Assembly: GCA_003056205.1 (NCBI GenBank)
Contig: LSNS01000019.1
Coordinates: forward strand, 5,630 to 69,629
Direction: 5' to 3'
Length of the DNA: 64,000 nucleotides
Origin: Parcubacteria group bacterium M6-OD1-4
GTDB lineage: Bacteria > Patescibacteriota > Patescibacteriia > Patescibacteriales > UBA12465
A program made the translations under genes and the position numbers. Below are positions 1 to 10,153 of this stretch, piece after piece. The notes under the pieces are model-generated. The model was not told the DNA's origin. It did not search any database and was given only the letters and a program-made list of their open reading frames with translations. How positions within the stretch are numbered: the first letter of the stretch is position 1; every line of letters starts with the position of its first letter.

Positions 1-2
1 AA

Positions 3-185
3 AGTATCATTGAAGAGTCACACTCAGAACCAGGCTTATTAGAATATCCACAATACACTCGACCAGAAATATTTATTACTCCTCAAAAAAAATATCGGGT
101 TCCGAAAGTCTTACTCTCAGGTAATCACCAAAAGATTCAAGACTGGAAGAAAAAACATCAAAAAATTATTAAAACTAAGTCTTAA
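3..185 (+). CDS. trmD: tRNA (guanine37-N1)-methyltransferase TrmD, C-terminal fragment (5' part outside window)
   Basis: Frame 3 reads [24 protein letters not shown]...[20 protein letters not shown], then TAA at 183-185. YPQYTRP and LLSGNH are conserved TrmD C-terminal motifs. Absent from the ORF track because it is truncated. Confidence 0.75.
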   Translation, partial: SIIEESHSEPGLLEYPQYTRPEIFITPQKKYRVPKVLLSGNHQKIQDWKKKHQKIIKTKS

Positions 186-1188
186 CAATTTTCCAACCAT
201 TTTTAATCCGAACTAAATGTCCAGGTAGTGAAAAACCTGCCGCTTGTTGATGCCCTCCCCCGCCCCAATTTTGAGCAATTTTAGCAACATCATATTTTTT
301 ACTAGTAGAGCGTAAACTACCTTTAACCCTTTGACCTTCTTCACGTAAAAACAAGGCCACTTTTACTCCTTCTAAAGTGCTTAAGAAAGAAACAATTTCT
401 CCGAATAAATCAGGATTAAGGACTTCTTCTCCTGAAGGAAGAAGTTTTTTTAATTCTTCAGCTTGTAAAGCAGAAGAAATTAATCCAGTTTGAGCGTTAA
501 ATTGCATATTTTCCAAGGCCTGTCCCCAAACTTTAAGCGCTGAAAAACTTTTATTACGAATCGTATAATTTACAATTTTTGGTAAAGAGGCCCCACGTAA
601 AAGCATCTCAGACGAAATAGCAATTGCCTTTTGAGAGGAATTAGCGTGTAAGAAATGCCCAGTATCCGACAACAAACCAATTAAAATACAATTAGCTAAT
701 GATTTAGTAATTGCTAAGTTATTAGTTTTTAAAAAATAATAAATAATTTCAGTGGTGGAAGCTTTATCAGCTAAACGAATCTCTAAATCAGCATAAGTTT
801 CTTGAGCTTGATGATGATCAAATTCTATTAAATAGGGACGTTGGAGAGTTCGTCCTTCCTGTGTCGCCTTCAGCATCGTTCTAATTCGGGCTTCTAAACC
901 CGTTCGTGAAAGAGAGCCACAATCTAGAATAAAAATAAGATCAAAATCTAAAAGATTGACTGGAGGCTCATTAGTAATTAATTCTTCATGAGGAATAAAA
1001 CTATGAGGCGAGGAAACTTTCTGATCCGCATAAGCATAAGTTTCTAAACCCAAGTCATGAGAAATTTCTAAAATAGCCCCTAGAGAAGATAAGGCGTCAG
1101 CATCTGGCGAAGTGTGGCTAATAATTAAAACCTTCTTGGCTTGTTGAAGTTTATGATAAGCTTGTTGTAATTTTTTCAAATAATTCAT
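175..1188 (-). CDS. DHH/DHHA1-family phosphoesterase (NrnA-like nanoRNase/pAp phosphatase)
   Basis: ORF 175..1194. Motifs [20 protein letters not shown] and C-terminal [10 protein letters not shown] (DHHA1). ATG at 1188 preferred over GTG at 1194. Confidence 0.8.
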   Translation of the reverse strand: MNYLKKLQQAYHKLQQAKKVLIISHTSPDADALSSLGAILEISHDLGLETYAYADQKVSSPHSFIPHEELITNEPPVNLLDFDLIFILDCGSLSRTGLEARIRTMLKATQEGRTLQRPYLIEFDHHQAQETYADLEIRLADKASTTEIIYYFLKTNNLAITKSLANCILIGLLSDTGHFLHANSSQKAIAISSEMLLRGASLPKIVNYTIRNKSFSALKVWGQALENMQFNAQTGLISSALQAEELKKLLPSGEEVLNPDLFGEIVSFLSTLEGVKVALFLREEGQRVKGSLRSTSKKYDVAKIAQNWGGGGHQQAAGFSLPGHLVRIKNGWKIVKT

Positions 1189-1270
1189 AACCACTTATTC
1201 TAAGAGAAAATTAAAAAAAAGTCCAGTTAAACTGGATTTTATTAAAATATTTTTTTATTTAAAATAGTAA

Positions 1271-1591
1271 TTAGCTAGCTAATAATTGTTCAATCTTCTG
1301 AGCTTCTTTTTCAGTAGAATCAAATTCCCAAATTAAACGGGGAATTTTACGTAATCTTAGCTTAGTTTTTAAAATTGCTACTAAACGCGGAGTCGTCGTG
1401 CTTAATTTACGTAATATTGTCCCCGCCAAATGATCGGGTAAAACTGAAAAACCAATTTTCGCTTGTTTTAAATCTGGAGCACAATCTACATAAGTAATGG
1501 TCACTAAGGCATTTTCCAGAGGGAGTTCACGGTTAACAGCTCGGGCTAGTTCTTCCAAAATTAGACTATTGTAAGAATCAACTTTAGACAT
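1271..1591 (-). CDS. rbfA: ribosome-binding factor A
   Basis: 106 aa, RbfA-like size, located immediately downstream of infB as in the conserved infB-rbfA arrangement. Confidence 0.7.
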   Translation of the reverse strand: MSKVDSYNSLILEELARAVNRELPLENALVTITYVDCAPDLKQAKIGFSVLPDHLAGTILRKLSTTTPRLVAILKTKLRLRKIPRLIWEFDSTEKEAQKIEQLLAS

Positions 1592-1594
1592 AAA

Positions 1595-3574
1595 TTAAAT
1601 TTTATCAATAATCCTTTCTTCGCGATAAACTTCCAAAATATCACCGATTTCCACTACCGGATGCCCTTCATATTTTAAACCAACCTCAGTATCTTGATCA
1701 ACCTCCTCAACGTTCTGTTTACCAGACTGAAGCTGAGTTAACTTACCAGAAATAATAAAATCGTCATTCCGTTTAACATCAATCAAACTATTATTTTTCA
1801 AAACACCATCTAAAACCTTGCCACCAATAATTTGGTTATTATTCTCAGTTCTAAAAATCGCTAACACTTTAAGACGTCCTAAGGCGAGACGATTAATTTC
1901 TGGCCGAACAAGCAACTGCATTTCATTCTTCACAAATTCTATTAAGTCATAGATAATTGAATAAATCTTTACTACCACTTGCCGTTCACGAACAAGAACT
2001 TCTAAATTGGAAGATATTTTAACATTAAATCCTAAAATTTTTGCCTCGGCATCCTCCGCACGTTTAATATCACCCTCGGTAATATAACCCAAGCCTTTAC
2101 TAATAATTTTAACTTTCACCTTTTCATTATTAAGTTTTAACAATGATTCTTCAATCGCTTCTGCTGATCCTAAAAAATCAGATTTAATAATTACTTTAAC
2201 TTGCGGAATTTCATCCGAGGAATCATTGTCAGTACTAACCTGAGAAAGCTGATGAGCCTTTTTTTCAATTCGCCCTTTTATTTTTTTAATTTTAATTTTT
2301 TCTCCATCGCCAACTTCCAAGACATCACCGACCTCAGGAGATATCTTTAAACCCAAAATTTTCACTGGGGTAGAGGGACCAGCGGAACTTATTTTCTCCC
2401 CTTGATAGTTTTTGAGAGTTTTGACCTTACCATAAATAATATGATTCAAACAAAGTTGATCACCAATATGGAGAGTGCCATTTTGGACCAATAGGGTTGC
2501 TAAAGGACCAATATTTTTATCAACATTAGATTCAATAACAGTGCCAACGGCGGCACTATGTAAATTAGCTTGGAGATTCTCTTCTTCGGTATCAGCAATT
2601 AATAAAACCAAATCTAATAATTCTTCAATGCCCGTCCCTTCCTTAGCAGAGATGGGAGCACAAATAGTTTTTCCGCCCCAATCTTCGGGAGTAATATTTA
2701 ATTTAGTGGATAATTCTTGTTTAGTTTTATTAATATCGGCAGCGGGCTTATCAATCTTATTAATAGCAACCAAATAAGGAATTTTAGCTGCTTCAATAAT
2801 TCGGTAAGCTTCAACGGTTTGTGGTTTAACACCATCATCGGCGGCCACAACTAAAATAGCAATATCCGCTATTTTTGCTCCACGACTACGCATCGCGGTA
2901 AAAGCTTCGTGCCCAGGGGTATCAATAAAAGTGAGAATACGATTTTGACGATTAATCTGATAGGCACCAATATGTTGAGTAATACCACCCGCTTCACCGG
3001 CAATGACATTGGTTTTCCGAATAGAATCTAATAGTTTAGTTTTTCCATGATCAACATGGCCCATCACAACAATTACTGGTGAACGAGGTTGTAAATCTTT
3101 CTGATTTTCCTGCGCTAATATTTTAGATAATTTATCTTCTTCTTCTAAGTCTTCTTCTAAATTTTCTTTCGCTAACTGCACATCGAGATTAAGATTCTCG
3201 CCAATAATTACGGCTGTATCAAAATCAATTTTTTCATTAATAGAGGTAAAAATTCCATTCTTAATTAATTCTGTTAAAACCCGATTAACAGGGATGCCCG
3301 CTACTCCCGCATATTCTCGAACAGTAATAATGGCTGGAATGAAAATAGTTTTTTTCTCTTTCGGTAAAACTTCATCTTGTTTCTTAATCTCAGCGGCCAT
3401 TTTCTTCTGAGCCCATTGACGACGTAAATAAGGCCAAGTTTTAATGATTTTTTTAGCAGTATTATTATCTACTTTAATCGCTTTCTGACCAATAGAAAAA
3501 CCTAATTCCGGTAATAAGTCCCGTAATTCTTGTGGCGGTATTCTTAAAATTCGCGCTAATTCAGTTAAATTCAT
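1595..3574 (-). CDS. infB: translation initiation factor IF-2
   Basis: 659 aa. GTPase motifs [17 protein letters not shown], followed by conserved IF-2 C-terminal domains. Confidence 0.95.
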   Translation of the reverse strand: MNLTELARILRIPPQELRDLLPELGFSIGQKAIKVDNNTAKKIIKTWPYLRRQWAQKKMAAEIKKQDEVLPKEKKTIFIPAIITVREYAGVAGIPVNRVLTELIKNGIFTSINEKIDFDTAVIIGENLNLDVQLAKENLEEDLEEEDKLSKILAQENQKDLQPRSPVIVVMGHVDHGKTKLLDSIRKTNVIAGEAGGITQHIGAYQINRQNRILTFIDTPGHEAFTAMRSRGAKIADIAILVVAADDGVKPQTVEAYRIIEAAKIPYLVAINKIDKPAADINKTKQELSTKLNITPEDWGGKTICAPISAKEGTGIEELLDLVLLIADTEEENLQANLHSAAVGTVIESNVDKNIGPLATLLVQNGTLHIGDQLCLNHIIYGKVKTLKNYQGEKISSAGPSTPVKILGLKISPEVGDVLEVGDGEKIKIKKIKGRIEKKAHQLSQVSTDNDSSDEIPQVKVIIKSDFLGSAEAIEESLLKLNNEKVKVKIISKGLGYITEGDIKRAEDAEAKILGFNVKISSNLEVLVRERQVVVKIYSIIYDLIEFVKNEMQLLVRPEINRLALGRLKVLAIFRTENNNQIIGGKVLDGVLKNNSLIDVKRNDDFIISGKLTQLQSGKQNVEEVDQDTEVGLKYEGHPVVEIGDILEVYREERIIDKI

Positions 3575-4016
3575 AGTAATAATTTATACAGAAAAAAAAT
3601 AAGAAAATAAGAAAAATTTTATTTATTTCTTAATATTACGTTATTTTTTGTCTTTAGTCAATTATTTATAAGCTCTTATTTACTAATAAAATCTCCACAA
3701 TCTTTAGCTTTACAAAGCTGAATTTAAGTGCTAACATACACTCGTACCTTTAATTTACTAATTAAAACTTGTTTTTAGAAGTTATTAAAAAACTCATTAA
3801 CTGTTTATAGCTGATCTGATAAATTTATTTTATTTTGATTAATTATCCATGCCTTCTTTAATTTTTAACTTAAAATTAGCCAAAAAAATTAATAGCACCC
3901 TATTGTTTTCAAGATAGGCTCTCTTATTGAAAAATATTTATAATTTTTCAAAATTTAATTTCAAAATTTAACAATATCATTGACCATCTTAATTTCTAAA
4001 AACAGTCCTTTGTTGT

Positions 4017-5540
4017 ATGGAATATCTGAATTATGTTTTGTACCTTGTTTTAGCAATTGGTGGTTTTTTTATTGGCTATATTTTCTATAAAAAATCAGCA
4101 GGTTCTAAAATAAACAATGCCTCTGAAAAAGCTAATAGACTCTTGAGCGAAGCCCGTCTGAAAGAAAAAGAGTTGCTGTTGAAAGCTCAAGATAAGGCTT
4201 TAAAAATTATTGAAGAGTCCAAAAAAGAGGAAGCCAGTCGTCGCCTAGAAATAAATAGTTTGCAAAAAAGATTAGAAGAGCGAGAAAATTCTTTCTCACA
4301 AAAACTATTAGATCTTCAAGAAAAACAACAAAAACTTTATGATAAAGTAACGGAAGTTCAAGAAATTAAAGAAAAAATTAAAGAAATTAAAGAAGAACAA
4401 GAAATAAAATTAGAAAAACTATCTAATTTAAGCCGAGAAGATGCTAAAAATCTGATCTTAAAAGATGTTGAGGAAAAAAACAGCGAAGATTTAATGGTGA
4501 GAGTTAATAAGTTAGAAAATAATTCGGAAGATACCATTGATGAAAAAGCTCGTGATTTATTAGCCTTAGCGATGCAACGGATGGTTTCATCCTATACAGT
4601 GGAATTGACAACAACGACAATTGACCTACCTAATGATGAAATGAAAGGAAGAATTATTGGTCGCGAAGGACGAAATATTAAAGCGATTGAAAAAATGACG
4701 GGTGTAGAAATTATTGTCGATGACACTCCTAACGCCATTACCGTTTCAGGATTTTCTTTAATTCGTCGACATATTGCTAAAAAAGTTTTAGATTATTTAA
4801 TAAAAGATGGGCGTATCCACCCCACTAAGATTGAAGAGGCAGTAGAAAATGCTAAAAAAGATATTTCTATTGATATTAAAAAAGCTGGCGAAGAAGCTTT
4901 GTATGAAGTTGGGGTAACTGGTTTTGACCCTAAATTAGTACAGATATTAGGACGTTTAAAATATCGAACAAGTTACGGCCAAAACGCTTTGCGACATTCA
5001 GTAGAAGTCGCTCACTTAGCAGGGATGCTTGCCGAAGAACTCGGAGCCGATGTCACTTTAGCTAAAAAGGGTGGTTTATTACATGATATTGGTAAAGCCG
5101 TTGATCATGAAGTTCAAGGAAATCATACTGAAATTGGTCGTGATATTGCTAAAAAATTTGGTCTGTCGCCAGAACTTATTGCTCCTATTGAAACCCATCA
5201 CGACGATCACCCGATTACTTTAATTTCAGTTATTGTTAAAGTGGCGGATGCTATTTCTTCTGCTCGTCCAGGAGCTCGTAGTGATAACTACGAAAATTAT
5301 GTTCACCGTTTAGAAGAGTTGGAAAGAATTGCCTTGACCTTTGAAGGAATCGAAAAAGTCTATGCTATTCAAGCCGGAAGAGAGGTGCGGGTCTTTGTCC
5401 AATCCGAAGAAATTAATGATTTCCAAACTCATAATCTAGCACGAGATATTGCAAAAAAGATAGAAAATGAGTTAAAATACCCAGGAGAGATTAAAATTAA
5501 TGTTATTCGAGAACTGCGCGTTACAGAGTATGCCCGTTAG
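4017..5540 (+). CDS. rny: ribonuclease Y
   Basis: 507 aa with N-terminal TM helix, long coiled-coil K/E region, KH domain (GRIIGREGRNIKA) and HD domain (LLHDIGKA...HH). Confidence 0.9.
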   Translation: MEYLNYVLYLVLAIGGFFIGYIFYKKSAGSKINNASEKANRLLSEARLKEKELLLKAQDKALKIIEESKKEEASRRLEINSLQKRLEERENSFSQKLLDLQEKQQKLYDKVTEVQEIKEKIKEIKEEQEIKLEKLSNLSREDAKNLILKDVEEKNSEDLMVRVNKLENNSEDTIDEKARDLLALAMQRMVSSYTVELTTTTIDLPNDEMKGRIIGREGRNIKAIEKMTGVEIIVDDTPNAITVSGFSLIRRHIAKKVLDYLIKDGRIHPTKIEEAVENAKKDISIDIKKAGEEALYEVGVTGFDPKLVQILGRLKYRTSYGQNALRHSVEVAHLAGMLAEELGADVTLAKKGGLLHDIGKAVDHEVQGNHTEIGRDIAKKFGLSPELIAPIETHHDDHPITLISVIVKVADAISSARPGARSDNYENYVHRLEELERIALTFEGIEKVYAIQAGREVRVFVQSEEINDFQTHNLARDIAKKIENELKYPGEIKINVIRELRVTEYAR

Positions 5541-5592
5541 GTTATTTATTATTTAAAATAATTATTTTTATTAATTTATAAGCGATAATTAT

Positions 5593-5880
5593 ATGAATAA
5601 AGCACAACTTATCGACAAGATTTATCATCAAGTCGAGGGCTTGAATAAAAAACAAGCTGAAAAAATGTTAGAGGTTTTAACAAATACAATTATTGAAGAA
5701 TTAAAGGCTGACCGTCAGGTAAGTATTGCTGGTTTTGGCACTTTCTTATCTCGAGTTCGTTATGCTCGAGGTGGTGTTAATCCCCAACGACCTAGTGAAC
5801 GTATCACGATTCCCGCTGTCAAAGTTGCTAAATTTAAAACTGGTTATCATCTTAAACAAGTTTTAAAAGGTAAAAGATAA
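5593..5880 (+). CDS. hup: HU/IHF-family nucleoid DNA-binding protein
   Basis: 95 aa. MNKAQLIDKI start, GFGTF and RNPQ-like arm (GVNPQRPSERITIPA) typical of HU. Confidence 0.85.
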   Translation: MNKAQLIDKIYHQVEGLNKKQAEKMLEVLTNTIIEELKADRQVSIAGFGTFLSRVRYARGGVNPQRPSERITIPAVKVAKFKTGYHLKQVLKGKR

Positions 5881-5936
5881 AAACTGTTTTTAGTAAAATT
5901 AATAAATTCTGATTAACAGCAGAGGTTTTATTATTC

Positions 5937-6010
5937 GCGCCCGTAGCTCAACTGGATAGAGTACTTGGCTTCGGACCAAGGGGTTGCAGGTTCAAATCCT
6001 GCCGGGCGCA
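5937..6010 (+). tRNA. tRNA-Arg (anticodon TCG)
   Basis: Cloverleaf: acceptor GCGCCCG/CGGGCGC, anticodon stem CTTGG/CCAAG, loop CTTCGGA, T-loop GGTTCAAATCC. No encoded CCA. Confidence 0.85.
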
Positions 6011-6024
6011 CTTTTTTTCAAATA

Positions 6025-6098
6025 GGCTGGGTAGCTCAGTTGGTTAGAGCGTAGCACTCATAACGCTAAGGTCGCGGGTTCGATCCCCGCCCCCGCCA
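6025..6098 (+). tRNA. tRNA-Met (anticodon CAT), elongator-like
   Basis: Loop CTCATAA, D-arm GCTCAGTTGGTTAGAGC, T-arm GCGGGTTCGATCCCCGC. G1-C72 pair and no GGG/CCC anticodon stem, so not initiator-like. Cannot exclude a lysidine tRNA-Ile2 from sequence alone. Confidence 0.75.
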
Positions 6099-6115
6099 CA
6101 GAACAATATAAATGA

Positions 6116-6188
6116 GCGCCTATAGCTCAGTTGGTAGAGCAGTTGCCTCTTAAGCAAATGGTCGCAGGTTCGAATCCTGCTGGGCGCA
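6116..6188 (+). tRNA. tRNA-Lys (anticodon CTT)
   Basis: Acceptor GCGCCTA/TGGGCGC, anticodon loop CTCTTAA, T-arm GCAGGTTCGAATCCTGC. Confidence 0.85.
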
Positions 6189-6215
6189 CCTAAGAGTATT
6201 AACAGATTAAAGATT

Positions 6216-7103
6216 ATGAAAAATTATTCTGACTACAATGGTTTTGACTATCGTCAATTATTCTGGGGTAACCATCAAAGAGACTATGAAGATTTCGCTG
6301 ATAAAAATGCGATTAAAAATTTAATAACTCCTGCGACTTGGTTTTTAGATCTTGGTGGTGGTTTTGGACGCTTAATACCCAGCTATCAGAAAGAAATGAA
6401 AAATATCATTTTGATGGATGGTTCAATTGAATTATTACGTGAAGCCGAACAAGAATATCAGAATCTTTCCAATGTTCATTTTGTTTGTGCCGAATCCACT
6501 CATCTGCCCTTTCGTGACCAAGCTATTGATTCAACCTTAATTTTCCGAGTTTTGCATTGTCTTGATGAAGAAAATCTCTTACAAACTCTTCAAGAATTAG
6601 AGCGAGTAATAAGTTCGACAGTCTACTTAGAATTTGCCAATAAGAGAAATCTGGTACGTATCGGACGTTATTTTTTTGGTAATCGAGAAACAAATATTTT
6701 CAGCCGAAAACCCGAGCAGGTTAATGGTTCTTTTTTTAATTTTACTTTCCCATATTTAAAAAAGGTAATTAAAGAAAATACTTCTTTTGAAATAAAAAAA
6801 ATAACCCGACTATCCTTTTTCCGTCATCGTTGGTTTAAGAAGACCATCCCTTTACCAATTCTAAAAGCTTTAGAAACTAATTTTCAAAATCATTGGTTCT
6901 GGAATACCACTCCTAGTATTATCTTAAAATTAAGTAAAAAGAATTCTTCTCATCAACAAGCAAAGGATAAAAAATTCTTGGATTTAATCGCTTGCCCACT
7001 CTGCCATCATCATCTTCAGATAGATCAGTCCACAATTACTTGCTCACATTGTCATCAGTTATTTTTTCGAGAAAATAAAATTCTAAATTTTCAATCTAAA
7101 TAA
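6216..7103 (+). CDS. class I SAM-dependent methyltransferase fused to a C-terminal Trm112-like zinc ribbon
   Basis: Motif I LDLGGGFGRL. C-terminus CPLCHHHL...CSHCHQLFFRENKILNF resembles the Trm112/UPF0434 CxxC...CxxC ribbon. Confidence 0.6.
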   Translation: MKNYSDYNGFDYRQLFWGNHQRDYEDFADKNAIKNLITPATWFLDLGGGFGRLIPSYQKEMKNIILMDGSIELLREAEQEYQNLSNVHFVCAESTHLPFRDQAIDSTLIFRVLHCLDEENLLQTLQELERVISSTVYLEFANKRNLVRIGRYFFGNRETNIFSRKPEQVNGSFFNFTFPYLKKVIKENTSFEIKKITRLSFFRHRWFKKTIPLPILKALETNFQNHWFWNTTPSIILKLSKKNSSHQQAKDKKFLDLIACPLCHHHLQIDQSTITCSHCHQLFFRENKILNFQSK

Positions 7104-7126
7104 TTAATAATTTAAAAATTGAAACC

Positions 7127-7699
7127 ATGTTAAATCTTATTATTTTTGGTCCTCCGGGAGCAGGCAAGGGCACGCAAGCAAGGTTAATTGCTAAAGAATA
7201 CAAATTAATTCATCTCTCTAGCGGAGCGATTCTGCGACAAGAAGCAGAAAAAAATGATAAAATTGGCAAACAAATCAAAAGATATCAATCTACTGGAAAA
7301 TTAGTGCCTAATAAATTAACCATTAAAATAGTAGAAGATGTTATTTTAACAAAATTCAATAAATCAGGGTTTATTTTAGATGGCTATCCGCGTAATTTAG
7401 CACAAGCGAAAGCCTTGGACAATCTTTTTGAGAAACAAAAAAAAACCATTGATTTGGTCTTAAATATTAAACTCAGCGAAAAAGAAGCCGTGCGTAGAAT
7501 AATGCTTCGAGCGAAAACATCGGGACGCTCCGATGATAACCTAAAAATAATTGAAAATCGTTTCCAAATTTATCATACAAAAACTAGTCCGCTCTTAAAA
7601 TACTATCGCTTACAAAGAAAAGTAATAAATATTGACGATCGGCCAGGAATTGAAATTGTTTTTAAAGAAATAAAAGAAGCAATCAAAAAATTGCTTTAA
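7127..7699 (+). CDS. adk: adenylate kinase (short-lid type)
   Basis: 190 aa. P-loop GPPGAGKGTQ, then GFILDGYPRN. Confidence 0.9.
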   Translation: MLNLIIFGPPGAGKGTQARLIAKEYKLIHLSSGAILRQEAEKNDKIGKQIKRYQSTGKLVPNKLTIKIVEDVILTKFNKSGFILDGYPRNLAQAKALDNLFEKQKKTIDLVLNIKLSEKEAVRRIMLRAKTSGRSDDNLKIIENRFQIYHTKTSPLLKYYRLQRKVINIDDRPGIEIVFKEIKEAIKKLL

Positions 7700-7753
7700 A
7701 AAACTATCTATAAAAATATCTACTTTAAAATAGCACTTATTATTTATTAAGTG

Positions 7754-8437
7754 CTATTTTATAATCGTTCCTTTAAATTTTTCTTGATACAAGCAATGCC
7801 GAAGATTCTCTAATTTCTCACCATTCAGGACAATCACTTCTAGCTGATGATGAGCGGCAGTGGTAGAAGCAATTGGATCAAAAGGCACATTAAGACCAGG
7901 TTGCCACTTAGTACCAACCAATCGACGAAAATCTAACCAAGAAATTGATTTAAGTTTTTTAGCAGTTGAGAATTTACGAGGATCACAATCATAAACATAA
8001 TCAATATTAGAGAGATTAATAACCGTTTGAACTTTATTCTGAATAGCAATTAAAACAGCGACATAATCTGTTGACCAACCTGGTTTAAAGCCACCAGCTA
8101 AAATAATCGCTTTATTAGTTTTTAACAATTTATGAGGATTAGTGACAATTGTTTGATAAGCTTGAGATCCGAAAATAACTTTTAGCAACTCTGCATTGAG
8201 ACGGGTGGCTCGAATGCCCACTAAATCTCGATCGTGATTATTAACGGCCACAGTAGCTAAAGCAGCGGTAATATATTGGCGAGCAGTTATCCCGCCGCCC
8301 ACTACTAAATAAAATTTATAACCGAGTTTAACCTGTTCTAAAATAAACTGACGAAATTTCTTTAAAAATCGTAAATTTATTCCTTCTTTAGTGACAATCA
8401 AAGAACCACCGACAGACAATACCAAGACTTTAGACAT
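7754..8437 (-). CDS. pyrH: UMP kinase, archaeal-type (amino-acid kinase fold)
   Basis: 227 aa. VLSVGGS N-terminus and VVGGGITARQY in place of the bacterial GGGN(I/F)xRG. Size and motifs resemble archaeal PyrH. Confidence 0.65.
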   Translation of the reverse strand: MSKVLVLSVGGSLIVTKEGINLRFLKKFRQFILEQVKLGYKFYLVVGGGITARQYITAALATVAVNNHDRDLVGIRATRLNAELLKVIFGSQAYQTIVTNPHKLLKTNKAIILAGGFKPGWSTDYVAVLIAIQNKVQTVINLSNIDYVYDCDPRKFSTAKKLKSISWLDFRRLVGTKWQPGLNVPFDPIASTTAAHHQLEVIVLNGEKLENLRHCLYQEKFKGTIIK

Positions 8438-8453
8438 AAATTAAATAACTTAA

Positions 8454-9506
8454 TTATTCATCTTCTTGGTCTTTTTTGTTTTTAATTTCTGTTAAAATCT
8501 TCTTCCGAATTTCAGTTAACAATTTTTTATCATTTTTAATAGTTTTTTTAGCTGTTTCACGTCCAATCCCTAATTTCAAATCAGCCAAAGAATAGGTATT
8601 ACCATTTTTCTTAATCACGTTATTTTCAACTCCTAAATCTAATAAATCTCCAGAAATAGAAATCCCTTCATTATACATAATATCAAATTCACAAGTTCGA
8701 AAAGGAGCGGCTACCTTATTCTTAACAATTTTTGCTCGCACTCGGTTACCTAGAATTCGATCTCCCTGTTTAATTTGTGCCGCCCGACGAACCTCAATTC
8801 GCATTGAACAATAGAACTTTAAAGCATTGCCACCAGTAGTTGTTTCTGGACTACCAAAGAAAACGCCAATCTTATTACGAATTTGATTGATAAAAATAAC
8901 AATTGTTTTAGTTTTGGCGATAATCGCCGTTAATTTACGCAAAGCCTGGCTCATCAAACGCGCTTGTAATCCCATTTGTTGATCACCCATCTCGCCCTCA
9001 ATTTCTCTCTGAGGAACTAAAGCTGCTACGCTATCAACGACAATAACATCAACAGCATTAGAACGAACTAAGGTTTCCACGATTTCTAAGGCTTGTTCAC
9101 CACTATCTGGTTGAGAGAGAAGCATTTCCTTAATATTAACACCAATTTTAACGGCATATTCTGGATCTAAAGCATGTTCAGCATCAACGAAAGCAGCAAT
9201 TCCACCAGCCCGCTGAACCTCAGCAACAATGTGTTGCGCTAAAGTTGTTTTTCCAGATGATTCTGGACCAAAAATTTCAATAACTCTTCCACGGGGAATA
9301 CCACCAATTCCGGTTGCTAAATCTAAAGATAAGCAGCCTGTGGAAACGACAGCAACATTGGTTTTGGGAACATCACCAAATTTCATTATAGCTCCTTCAC
9401 CAAAACGAGTTTTAATTTGCGCAATAGCATTAGCTGCTGCTTCTGCACGCTTCACCTTATCTGTTTCTTGTTCAGAAATTATTTTTTTTTCTTTTTGCTG
9501 TTTCAT
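8454..9506 (-). CDS. recA: recombinase RecA
   Basis: 350 aa. Walker [10 protein letters not shown], and conserved [14 protein letters not shown] and L1/L2 regions. Confidence 0.97.
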   Translation of the reverse strand: MKQQKEKKIISEQETDKVKRAEAAANAIAQIKTRFGEGAIMKFGDVPKTNVAVVSTGCLSLDLATGIGGIPRGRVIEIFGPESSGKTTLAQHIVAEVQRAGGIAAFVDAEHALDPEYAVKIGVNIKEMLLSQPDSGEQALEIVETLVRSNAVDVIVVDSVAALVPQREIEGEMGDQQMGLQARLMSQALRKLTAIIAKTKTIVIFINQIRNKIGVFFGSPETTTGGNALKFYCSMRIEVRRAAQIKQGDRILGNRVRAKIVKNKVAAPFRTCEFDIMYNEGISISGDLLDLGVENNVIKKNGNTYSLADLKLGIGRETAKKTIKNDKKLLTEIRKKILTEIKNKKDQEDE

Positions 9507-9669
9507 AAATTTATATCTTAACTCTTATTAATATTTTTATTATAGCATAAGTCTCTCTAAGAAACTGCTAAATATTTATAAACTTTCAATAAATTAAAAT
9601 TAAAGAATTTTGGAAAAATCCTCCGAGCTGAAAGCTAATAAAAATAGCTTATTATCAGAAAATTCTTTT

Positions 9670-10149
9670 CTAGGACCCTAAAAATTTAAAGGGGAGAAGC
9701 AATTTATATTCGCTTCCTTTTTCGGGTCGAAAAATTATTTCCGCTCCATTATTTAATTTTTGCCAGTTAAAAATCTTTTGATTATTGGTCTGAGAAGATT
9801 GTGGGGAATTATTCTGATCGCTTTCTGTCCAAGCTTTTTTAATTTTCTCCATAGTTTTTGACATCCAAGTAGTGGAATTCTGAAAATGTTTCTTACTCTC
9901 TAAGTTTTGTGAGTGATTAGAATTAGTGGGTGATGAAACATTTTTTTGTGGAGTATTGATTTCTGTTGCTCCTTGCAAAAAACCTAAAGTGCTATTAAAA
10001 ACCAAACGGGTTGTTCGCCAAAAGATATTATGATCTAATTTATTTTGTTGAGCTTTGTCGCCACTATAGAGCACCGTCGCAAGCACAGTTAAGCCTAAAA
10101 GGATAATAATTGCTAATAAACTAAGAACCGAATTATGAGATTGAGACAT
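9670..10149 (-). CDS. hypothetical membrane-anchored protein, Q/N/S-rich
   Basis: 159 aa, one N-terminal TM helix (LLAIIILLGLTVLATVL). No recognisable domain. Confidence 0.4.
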   Translation of the reverse strand: MSQSHNSVLSLLAIIILLGLTVLATVLYSGDKAQQNKLDHNIFWRTTRLVFNSTLGFLQGATEINTPQKNVSSPTNSNHSQNLESKKHFQNSTTWMSKTMEKIKKAWTESDQNNSPQSSQTNNQKIFNWQKLNNGAEIIFRPEKGSEYKLLLPFKFLGS

Positions 10150-10153
10150 AAAT

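Noticed and set aside
2475-2777. Antisense or alternate-frame ORFs nested in long genes: 2475..2777, 9229..9531, 18852..19049, 21040..21234, 21881..22123, 23597..23779, 26629..26811, 27329..27670, 32101..32292, 34407..34691, 40964..41227, 42513..42722, 45156..45479, 45233..45439, 45489..45686, 48448..48636, 50989..51219, 53993..54193 and 55248..55478.
   Set aside because: Each is fully embedded in a well-supported conserved CDS (infB, recA, nusB, ftsH, rpsA, hppA, nusA, trxA, recQ, glyA, glgP, the PBP and others). They have low-complexity or odd composition, so I treat them as spurious.
3575-4016. The 442-nt infB/rny divergent spacer as a candidate structured RNA (RNase P RNA, 6S) or repeat locus; it includes a 12-nt tandem TTCAAAATTTAA x2 near 3945-3970.
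   Set aside because: The sequence is extremely AT-rich, with only 5-bp hairpins and no conserved RNase P, SRP or 6S motifs. It most likely holds divergent promoters and UTRs.
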